NCBI GenBank assembly: GCA_964016885.1
Contig: OZ024743.1
Span: 2,480,001 to 2,544,000, forward strand
DNA length: 64,000 nt
DNA from: Eledone cirrhosa
Lineage: Eukaryota
Direction of reading: 5' to 3'
Position numbers and translations under genes: made by a program. The notes beneath the pieces were generated by a model that saw nothing but the letters and a program-made list of their open reading frames with translations, was not told where the DNA came from and made no database searches. Position 1 is the stretch's first letter. Each line of letters starts with the position of its first letter. Shown piece after piece: positions 31,701 to 43,700 of the stretch.

Positions 31701-34700
31701 AGGTAACCGTGACTGCTTAAATTTGTATATAAATTTATACATTGAGTATTTAAACATGTCGGATCCACGTATGTCCCTGTAAATTAAAAAAATGATAAAT
31801 ATCTTGAATCGATTTTTAAAAACCTTTTGGGGTTCTTATCAGAAGATGTGTATATCATCTCAACAATCACAAGGAAATACGTGAGGGACTTGTATACCTT
31901 ATCATTTATAGTAATCAATGAAATGATGTATTAATTTGCATATTATTAGCACTCGGGTTGGTAGTTAATTTTGATATAACCTACTAATGGCAACAGACGA
32001 GATATCAGGGAGGACAGTGACTTTGCGAAACAATAAGGTAGATGTGACAATTAAAGCCAAGAGACAGGCATGGAAACAATGGAAGTACGGGGAGAAGTTG
32101 GGTACACTACTTACAGGCGAGGAGGGAACCTAGACGACAAGTATACTTAGCAAGAAGGGAAGCAGAGAAAAAAAAATTCAAGCATGTTTTGCAGCATGAG
32201 AACCAAAAACTGGAGGTTTCAAGATTGCAAGGTAGTGTGTGTTAGAGAAAATTGCGATGGCATTGGTGAGAAGTGTGTACGGGATGATAAAGGTGCACTT
32301 GCTCTCACAAGTGCCAAGAAGAAAGCTGCGTGGAAGAGCCATTATGAAAGATTACTGAATGAGGAGAATACATGGGAGAAAGAGACTTTATCCCAAGTGG
32401 ATCCCATAGAGGGCCCAGCAGTATAAGTCAGTAACAGCGTAGTTAGTAAGGCAATTAAGTATATGAAAACAGGGAAGGCAGCCGGTCCATCGGGTATAGT
32501 TGCCAAGATGCTGAAAGCATCTGGGTCGGTAGATCACACCATAACAACACATATTGTTAACCAAGTAATACTAGAGGACATCATACCAAATGATTGGTGC
32601 AACAGCATCATTGTCAAATACTGCAAGGGTAAAGGAGATGCACTAGATAGAGGAAACTATTGAGGTATAAAGCTGATGGACTAGGTCATGAAAGTAACAG
32701 AAAGAGCACAGCTGATTAGGGACCGAGTAAATCTAGATGAGATGCAGTTCAGATTTGTGCCAGGCAAAAGCACCACAGATGCTTCCTTGTGAGGCAGTTA
32801 CAGGAAAAGTATCTAGCTATATGATGTGGAGAAAGCTTTTAACAGAGTGCCCCGTGCCATAATCTGGTGGGCTCTTAGAAAACTAGGAGTAGATGAATGG
32901 CTTGTGAAAGCTGTACAAGCCATGTATAGGGGAGCAGTCAGCAAAGTTAGGATTAAGAATGATTATAGCGAGGAATTTAGCGTACAGGTTGGCATCCACC
33001 TGTTTATAGTATTGCAGAAGGGTTTAAGAACGGATGTCAATGGGAACTTCTCTACGCAGATGATCTTACACTCATAGCTGGAATTTCTAAACATGGAAGC
33101 ACAGCCTAGAAAGAAGGGGTCTTAAAGTCAACCTGATAAAGACTAAGGCCCTAGTAATTAGAAGAGAAAACAAAACCCAAATCTCCTCATGGAAATGGCC
33201 TTGCTCAGTATGTAAGAAAGGTGTAAGTAGAAATTCCATCCTCTGGTTGTAGTGGGATCTCGGGAAGTTTAGCTAAGAATGTAGGCTTTACATGTAGCAA
33301 ACGACCACAGGAAACAAGTGCTACCAAATTCTGGGAGGGCTCAGTAGAAACAGTAGACAGCTTCTGCTACCTGGGTGACCGAATTAGCAGCAGAGGTGGG
33401 TGTTTTGAAAGAACAGTAGCCAGAGTAAGAACAGGATGGAAGAAGTTCAGGGAGCTACTACCACTGCTAGCTACAAAAGGCTTTTGCCTCAAAATGAAAG
33501 GCAGACTGTATGATGCATGCATACGAACGACAATGTTGCATGGCAATGAGACCTGGACACTGTGTGCAGATTTCTTGCGTAGATTGGAAAGAAATTAAGC
33601 TTGCATTCTCCAATAGATGTGTAATAGTAATATATGTGAACGGCAAAGCATAAACGAACTGAGAGAGAAACTAGGCATAAGAGGAATCAAATGCTGTGTG
33701 CAGGAAAGGAGATTACGTTGGTATGGACACGTGATGCATATAAAGGATGATAGCTGCATAAAAAGGTGCAGAGCGCTCAAAGTCGATGGAAGCCTTGGAG
33801 TGCGGAGACCCAAGAAGACCTGGGATGAGGTGATAAAAGCTGGCCTTGACCAATTGCACTTCTCAAAGGCGATGACACAGGGGTGAGATCTCTGGCACTA
33901 CCCAGTAATACAGAAGACCCGACTTCCCACAGGCAAAGGCCATAGCTGAAGCATATATACAGTACCCCCCCCCCCCACCTCATCCTCCCACTGTAAATTG
34001 GACATGTAGGTGTCACGACAAAAAGCATCCAGCCCACACTGTAAAGTGGTTCTGTAGGCATCACGACAAAAAGCACCCGGTACTCACTGTAATTGAGGTT
34101 AGCATTAGGAAGGACATCCAGCTGTAGAAACAAAGCCAAAATCAGTTCCGTATGAGCAAGACATCATCACCTGACCTAGCATTGCCCACAATAGGACAAC
34201 TCGTCTAACCCATGCTAGTGTGGTAAAATAGACATAAAACGGTGATGATGATGATGATTCAATTATGCATAAGCAAAGCATATGTATATATTGTCAGCTG
34301 CCCAGCTTCCCCAAACGCCTCACATACTATAAGCTTAAAAAAATAATTTGCCGATAATTCCTGGTATTTAAAATTTTTATTCTGTTCAGTTATGGATGCA
34401 GTGGCCCTCAACTTCACTGCAGCGTCTAGAATGTCTGAAGGAGCAAAAGAGTTGCTAACTTTCACATCCCAAAATGTATTGGAGTTTATTCACTCTTTAT
34501 GTATTAATGTCTTTGTGTCTGTAACAAATCATAACAAAGTAGCTAGCACAATGGAGAGTATGAGAGCATGTGTTTTAGTACTCTCCATCTTCTGGCTTTG
34601 TGGTTAGTGCATTAGATTCACAGTCATGAGATTGTGAGTTCAATTCCCAGTCCAGCTGTGCATTGTGTCCTTGAGCAAGACACTTTCTTTGACAGTGCTC

Positions 34701-37700
34701 AAGTTCACTCATCTGGAAAAACGAGTTGCGACGTCTCTGGTGCCAAGCTGTAGTGGCTTTTGCCTTTCTCTTGAACAACATTGGTGGTGTGCATGGGCAG
34801 CTACTAGTCTTCCACAAAGGTACTTGCGAGATGTAGACGTTTACAACAGAATTACAGAAGATAATACAAGATTCTACTGAAAAATCATGGGCATCGAACA
34901 AATAAGCAATGAAAGCATTCACATGACAATTAAGCAACATGTGGGCAACCGCAAAGACCTGCTAACCACTGTAAAAAAATGAAAAGTGAGATGGTATAGT
35001 TGTGTGACAAGATCTGATGGATTGATCAAGACTATCCTCTAAGGAACAGTTCAGGGACAAAGAAGAAAAAATAGATGGTTAACATCAAAAAATGAACTGA
35101 TAAAGACTTTGGTTGAGACATTCCTTTTTCTTTTCCAACACACATAAAACTAATAAGTGTACTTGCATATATATATATATAATCCTTTTATGTCCGATTT
35201 TCTGTATTTGTGTGGGTTGGATGGGTCTTCCAGTACAACTTCCCTCCACCTACTTTGTTCCTTCATCATTTTGTCAGGTTGTGTTTTGAAATCTACTCTC
35301 ACCAATTCTTTCTAAGTCTTTTTTGGTCTTCCTCTACTGCAGCTTCCTGACACCTTCTTCACCCATACACATCAGTAGTCTTCTCTTTGGCATATTATAT
35401 TCAGTTCCTCATATAGCCAGTTTTTCTCTCAACCCAGATATGCTTTGCTATTCATGCAAATTAACATCACACAGTCTTCATTTCTCTCCAGAACTTAGAA
35501 TCAAAAGAGTAAATTTAGCAAAAACCAAAATATTAAGTAGGAAAGAAGATAGGGCACCAATCCCATTAGGGAAGTGGCTTTGCTCGATATGTAGAAAAGG
35601 AGAAAGTATTAACTCTATATAATGTACATGATGCAAATCTTGAGTACACAAGAGGTGTAATGGGATATCAGGCAGGCTAACAGGAAAGGAAGACTTTGTA
35701 TGTGGTAGATGTTCAGGGACATTTGCTAGTAAGAGTCATCACCGTTTTACGTCCATTCTTCCACGCTAGTTAGATGGGTTGTCCTGTTGTGGGCAATGCC
35801 AGGTTAGGTAACCATGTCCTGCTCATACAGAACTGATTTTGGCTTGATTTCTACAGCTGGATGTCCTTCCTAACACCATTAATAATAATAATAAAATACA
35901 TAATATAGACCTTTTCCAATCCCAGGAAGGATCCATAGAAGTGGTTTTTACCTTCTGTTACCTAGATGATATACTTAGCTGTGGAGGAGGGTGATTGGAG
36001 AGCATAGTAGCTAGAATAAGGACAGGATGGAAGAAGTTTAGGGAACTGCTACCCCTGCTAACAACAAAAGTTTTCTTCGTACAAATGAAAGGTTATTGTA
36101 TGATGCTTGTGCGTGAAGTGCTATGCTGCATGGTAGTGAGATGTGGACAGTGAACGCTGAGAACATGCGATGGCTAGTGAGAAATGAAGCAAGCATGTTT
36201 CGATGGATGTGTAATGTTAATGTGTGAGAACGACAAAGCATGAATGAACTGAGAGAGAAACTAGGTATAAGAGAAATCAGAAGTCATGTGCAGGAGAGGA
36301 GATTGTGTTGGTATGAACATATGATAGTTTGGTGAAGATGGGTCTAGTAATCCCAGTCGAAGGAAGCCACAGTAGAAGTTGGGAGAGCTGATCTCAGATC
36401 GCTGAAGCTTACATAGGAGTTGACAAAGGAACACAACAAGTGAAGAGATGCTGTACTGAGAAGGACACATCCAACCCATGCAAGCATGTAACAACAAACA
36501 TAAAATGATGATAATATATGTGTGTGTATATATATAATTTTTTTTTTTTTCTTCTTTACAGCATTAAATTGTGCAAAGGAATTAGCAATGTTTCAAATTT
36601 AGAGACTTCAGATTTGCCATTCCACAAAGCTTTATATGATTTGTTTATCAGTGTTGTACGAGGGTATATGAAACCTGATCATGCTGTTTCAACAATAACA
36701 GAAATAGTAGTAAGTATTCTTTTTTGCTTATTTCAGTTCATGTGATATTTTTTAATACTTTAACAATAAACGGTAGTAAATTGGCAAAGTGGTTACAAAA
36801 TACTTTGTGCTCTATATGAAAGCATGTACAAATGTTATGATATTATTCACTCACAGATACATTTAGGTATCCACCATGTTAAGAGCAAAAACAAATTTTG
36901 TCTTTTTTATTTTCGACAAAGCTGGCCGCCATAAAATCACTTGGTATGCAAATGAGGCTAATCAGCCAATGTATACATTTGAGAACACTATGTGGGTAGC
37001 AGTAATGAGCAGAATTCACAATCTTGACAAGGAGCAAGAGACTCAGAAACAATTGTCAATTGTTTTCTCTCAGCTACTGCTGGAACAAAAGGATGACATT
37101 GTTATCTTTACCACGTGGTGTTTTATGACGCTGTTTACTTGTAAACAAACCGAATATTAATAATTGTTTCTACTTTTGGCACAAGGCCAGCAATTACTCA
37201 GTACATTACTGGTACTTTATTTTATCGACCCCGTATGGATGAAAGGCAATATTAATGAAAACCGAATATTAATAATGTTATGATATTATTATAATATTAT
37301 TATTATTATTCACTCACGAAAACATATATGTCTTGCTATGAATGTCTTAAACTGTGATCTTGTCAGCTATCTCAGCAGGCATGTGAGAATGCCAGACACT
37401 AATGTTTCAGGATCTTTTAATCCATCATCAATGACATTTACTCGCTCGGTATTGAGGCAAGAATAAACTATAGCTTACATACAACTTTATTACAAATCAC
37501 ACTATGTTAGTGCTACTAATAATTAATTCCAGCCAAGTTAAGCATACACTGTATGCAGATGTTTTAAACACAAAAAGTACTGAATAAATGGCACTGATGA
37601 TGGATTGAAAAATCCTAAAACACTAGTGTCTGACGTTCTCACACAGCTACTGAGATATTTGTAACATGATCATAGCTTAAGACATTCATAACAGGACTTA

Positions 37701-40700
37701 TTTATATTTATCGAACATAAACATATTTTATATGCCTTCATATACACCTCTATTATAAATCACGCTATGTTATTACTGGTGATAACTTTGTATTCTGAGC
37801 TCAAATTTTGCCAATTGGCAGAGTAGTTAGTGTCTAACAAGTTGTTTTGTGATATTTGTTCTGACTCTTTATTCTGAGTTCAACTTCTGCTGTGGCCTAC
37901 TTATGTGGTCGACTTAAGCCAACAAAACACTCATCAATCTCACAGGGCTTTAACTGTCTACAGTGGTGAAATATGTCACCTGTGGGAGTTGCACTTAATT
38001 AGAGTTAATTGGATTCAGTTAATGGATGAGTCTTGTTTATAAACAGTATGTTAGATCTCTATTGGTTCTGATTTACAAGTCTTCCAATTGTTTGACCAAC
38101 TAAACAGCCTGCTCATTAAATTAACGATTAAGTAGCTGAGCAGTTTACAGACCCAAGAACCTTTAATGTAGTTCTCGGTAATTGTGTGTCATAAACTAAT
38201 TTTTTCCAGCTGAGTGAACTAGAGCAACATGAAATAAAGTGTCTTATTCAATGACACAATGTCCTCCAGGGAATCTAACTTATGATCTATGAGCTTGCAA
38301 TCATGAGTAAAATGTCCTACCCACTATGCTATGTTCCTTCACTGACACAATATAGTGACCATGGTATGAAACCACTAATTTATTGGCTGGTTTTCCATTA
38401 CCAAGTTCACTCAGACATCCATGCTCTCATTTTTTAATATATTTATTTTTTATTGGTTTGTCTAGTAGGGTTTATGCCTATGGCCATCACAGCCACTCTG
38501 AGATCAATGTTTTTTGTCTAGAGAAATGGGCTGTGCTTATGGCCATCACAGACTCTTTCAGATCAATTAGTTATGTCTAAGGCTATCACAACTCTCAGAT
38601 CAAATGCCCGTGACACTCAAAGGCTCTCTCAGAACACTGGTTTATCTAGAAGGGTCTGTGCCCGTAACACTCACAGGCTCTCTCAGAACAATGGTTTATC
38701 TAGAAGGGTCTGTGCCCGTAACACTCACAGGCTCTCTCAGAACAATGGTTTATTTAGAAGGGTCTGTGTCTATAGCCATCACAGACCCTCTAAAATCAGA
38801 GGAAGTGGCTATGTGTTTTCTCTGAGATAGGAATAATCGCTGTAGTTAACATTCCTCTTCTAGAGGATCAATATTTGGGGGAAGAAGTTTTTGGTGTAGT
38901 GCTTAGTATGTGTTTGGTATAGTGGACACAATATGGGTTACAAAAGGAAGAAAAGTGAGGCAGGTGTGCCAATGGGGTGGCATAAGACCAATCAGCTCTG
39001 AGGAGCAGAGACCATTGTAGAGGAGCAAGAGCTTAAAGTGTGATGGTGAATAATTTAATGCCAATCACTCAAGTGCCCTTAGGATGCAGTCTAGGATATC
39101 TGTGTAGCAGCAGCAGCACCATTCCATATGTAGGACCAGTACTCCATTGTGAGTCTAGGACATCTGTGTGTAGCAGTAGCAGCACCAGATGTGAGAGTGA
39201 TACTGTATTGTGAGTCTAGGATGTTATTTAAACTTATGTTTTTTTTTTCCTTAGAACATCTGTTGCTTGGATATTATTGATGAGCAATTTCATATTGATA
39301 TTTTAATATCTACCTTTTTTTTTTCTAGGACTTCCACAAAGAGCTACCTTCATTACTTGCCAGCATTCTCAGCATAATAGGTAAGGGAAAAAATTCTGTT
39401 AAATTTCTTCTTTTTATTCTACCAATGTTAATAGAACTCAGCCTAGATTAAATTTGGCAATGCTTTGCAGAAAGTAGCAAAATATCAAACTGAATTTTGA
39501 AAGTAACTGGCTTCAACATGTTTGTTTTTACTATGAAAATACCCAAGCAAGTTGGGCATATAAGTCCCTGGAGATGGAAAAAGTGAACATTGTTGCCTGT
39601 GGGAGTTGAACTAATACCTGACGCATGTCGGATAGCTGTGTTACCATTACACCAAAACGTGATTGACCCCTTACCCATCATTTCTAAGCCATATCTATCA
39701 GCCAATGGATGTAAACAAAGAATCAGTCATAGTCAGTAGCATTGAGCAAATTTTGTTCGGTTATTTTCACAAAGAATTTTGAAGCAGCTTATTTTAAGTT
39801 AACATACTTTCAAAATTGAAAATCTGCTCAAACATCTTGAATATGATTAATTCTTTGTTTATCAAACTGAATATTAAAAATGTTATTGAAAGAATTCTGT
39901 AGCTATTGCTGCACACTGTTTCATGAAAAGCAGTTGTAACATCATGAGAAGGAACCTCATCATAGCCAGTTTCCTGTCATAATTGGACTTGACTGTGGCA
40001 ATGGCAAACTCCTCGACAGATTAACCCTCTTCCCTTTTGAGGGAGGCAATGATCTTCTGCGACTCATTCTCTACTTCCAACCTTGTTATTCGGCCATGAA
40101 CCCTGGCTCTGCTGCCCACAATCCAGAGGAAAGGAAGATAGTTAAACACCAGGGCCTAACAGACTTCTTGGTCCCTGCACTGCTGATTTCCTCTGTAAAA
40201 TTGGAAAGATGATGGCCCGCTTGAGGAGGGAGCCCCATGAGGTGGGGTTGCTGTTGCAGCATGTGACTCTGGCCATTCTCTGCAGTAATGCCTTTGCTAT
40301 TTTGTTTGCGGGGTGCAGCTGAGGCACCACTCAAACAGGGGTGTAGTGTCTGACCCTCCTTTTGCTTGATTCTTTTTGTTTTTTTTGTTTTTGTATAAAT
40401 AGCTTTATAAAATAAAATGAAACACTTATTTAAAAAAAAAGAAATGGAAGGTTATAAGGATTAACAATTTCTACGTAGATTATTGCTACATTGTCTTTTC
40501 TTTGTCTTTGTGAAGAATGTGGTATGTTCTAAAACAGTAACTCACCACATGGTTCTTATATAAAATAATGTTGACAGATTTTAAAAATTTAAATAGGAAC
40601 CCATTAATATGGGTGGTTTTGATTCATAGAACCAGAGCTGGTTTTGGATAGGTTGTTATTGGGATAGTTAAATAGGAACCCTTTAAAATGGTGGCTTTAT

Positions 40701-43700
40701 TTCATAGAATCGGAACTGGTTTTGGCTAGGTTGCTATCAAAAGAGTTAAATAGAAACCCTTTAAAATAAATGGCTTTGATTCATAGAACCAGAGATGGTT
40801 TTGGCCAGATTTGTATCAGAATGGTTAAATAGAAACCCTTTAAAATGACTTCTTTCATAGAACCAGAGCTGGTTTTAGTTGGGTTGATATCAAGAGTTCT
40901 TCCTTTGTTGAACTTCAAACTATATCTGCTGAAAAGAAATAATTGTAGATAAACAAGATTTGGTTGACTTACAAAGCAATAGGAAATTTGAAAATAAGTC
41001 ACCAGATAACTATAATAATTATTTCTACTTTTGGCACAAGGCTGACAATTATCCCAGTGCATTACTGGTACTTTATTTTATCGACCTCGTAAGGATGAAA
41101 GGCAAAGTTAACCTCGGCGGGGTTTGAACTCGGACCATAAAGGGCCGTAACTCTTTGCTGCAAAGCATGGCGTCCAACCATCTACCAATACTCCCAATAT
41201 AATAATAATATTTGAATAAATCAAAGAAAGTAGCCTTGGTAAGAAATGCTCACAGGGAGCTAAATCACATGTCTTGTACACCATGCTTTTCTGTCTACTT
41301 TTCTCCATCTTCAAGATGATTTATTCAACTACTATTTATAGTTATCTGATTGTGGCAACTATATTTTCAAATTTCAAATAAGTTTTAGTTTCTCGTGTTA
41401 TAAACTGTCTTATATTAATGTAACCATGATTAGCGTATAATATCTCTATATCTTCTCCTTGTCTAGATGTTGAGTCAAGTTGCAGCGATGATAAACAACA
41501 GCGAGATCGATTTCTTCTGCTGGTTTCTGGCATGGTGGTAAGTTTTCTGAAACTTATATTTTAGAAACTCTAAATAAGATGTAATGTAACTCATGCTGTA
41601 AAGTGCCTGACATTAGGGAAGACATCCAGCTGTAGAAACCAAGCCCAAAATGGAGCATATGAGCAATATGTAATCACCTGACCAGTCTAGCTTCAGTATG
41701 TAACAGCCTGTTTAATTCATGCAAGAATGAGGTAGATGTTAAGCAGTGATGATGATAATGTATTAAATTCTAATTGTCTGAAAGCAATTATTAAAATAAG
41801 AATTTTTGGACCACTAATCTTATGTTTAAAGATGTAATCATTATCATTATATATTTGCCCTACACACTGGCATGGGTTGGACAGGTTGTCATAGTCTAAA
41901 ACATGACAAATCAGTGAGACCTTCTGTTGCTTATACATTTCATATTTGACATAGTTTATATGGCTGGATGCCCTTCCTAACACCAACCATCAACAAAGTG
42001 AACTGGGTTTGTTTTATTGTGGCACCAGCACTATCCTGGTGTAAATAGGAGAATGATAATGATGATCTTTTTGAAAATTAAAGCAAGGATTGTTTTGTGA
42101 GTAAAAATTGAAATTTATTTTTTTATTTTTTTTATTTTTCAGGGTATTGTGTCTGATTGTGTTCTGAAAGAGAGATTAGATCAAGAGACTTTAGAATGTG
42201 TTGGTTTAATACAGTCTAAACAACTCTTCCAACAGAAATATGTCAAAACCAAAACAAAACTCTAGTAAGTTTGTTCAAAATGACTTTTCTTTCTGATTAT
42301 TTTTCTACTTCTCTTGGAACAATTTTAATTCTTAACATTTTGTAATACATTTGCAGAAAATATCTTTTAAAAATGTGTGTTAATTCAAATGTTTGTAGTA
42401 TTTGTGAAAATTTGTATTATTGGGGTAAAGATTTCAATTTTTAATGCGATGATGTTTTAGTGCTGTTTTATACTTTTCAAAGTAGTTTAATGTAGTGCTA
42501 AAGTAGTTTAATGTAGTGTAGGACATTAAGAGTTAAATATGTTGAATCCAATTTATTTTAGGTTTTCTCATGTAAAGATTTTACATTTAGTTTTCTTTTA
42601 GAGAATAATCAGACTCAGCAATAAGTGGTGGTGGCTGGTATGGTTAAGATGTAATAAAATTGCTGCAAGGTTTTATCCTTAGGCAAGTCACATTTGATAT
42701 TACTATGACACCTTGGAAAAGTGTTATTTGATCTGACTGGGGCATCTAGAGAAAGTGTCATTTGATCTCACTGTGACACATTGATCAGGTAGATAGAGCA
42801 CATTAGCCTTGTTTGGCAGTCTGACTAGAAGGATCACTCTGATTTCAAAATCAGAGTGGAGAGGACTCCTTAGTCACCTTTATGACATCCTTTAAAGTGG
42901 CTAACAGTTTCATCATTGTGATGAAGGTGGATAAGCTGCAGCTCGGTAACCTTTTTCCTAGTAATGGTTTGGTGAGTATTCAGAACCCACCAACATCATG
43001 TTTTTCCCCTGTGAAAATCATGGACATACAGCATTATATAGATAAGCATTAGTGCAATTATCCATAGTTCCCAAACCTCAAGAATGAGGATGGGTAACAA
43101 CCAGACCAGTGATACTTTTGGCAATTGTCATTTGATATCATTGTGATACCTTGTCATTTGCTATCACCACAGATTGATAGAAACCTTGAGTGATGTTGGG
43201 ACAGGCTAAAACTGTGTGGCAGCCTACCCTATGAACCGAATTTGTTTTTGAATGGTTTATTAAAAAACGAAGCATTTCATCAAAGTATTGTATTATCTTT
43301 ACACCAGAGATTTAGTTGGACTTTTTGGAAGGTGTCATAGCCCTGCCAGAAATAAGTGGGTGAAGAAGAATAAATAAATAAATGAGTGGATCTATAATAA
43401 GAAATATCAACATTTTAAAAATCAGCTGTTTATCATCTGGTAGTGATAAAATATGTTTGATATCTGATAAAATATGATTGATAGAAAACTAACATTAATT
43501 CATAAAAATGTCATTTTTAATTGTTTTGTTAGAATATATATTTCATTATCTTCTGTCTGTGTATAACACCTGGCTTGTTATTTTGTACAGCTACAAACAA
43601 CAGAAATTCAACCTACTCCGTGAAGAGAGTGAAGGTTATGCCAAACTTATGAGTGAACTAAATCAAGACTTGTCAGATGGTCTTGGGCATTTGCAAGTGT

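Larger units (their letters stand above)
37330..37696. mobile_element. Inverted-repeat element, each ~115-bp arm containing a type I hammerhead ribozyme motif
   Basis: 37330-37445 is the reverse complement of 37577-37696; about 130-bp unique spacer. Confidence 0.75.
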
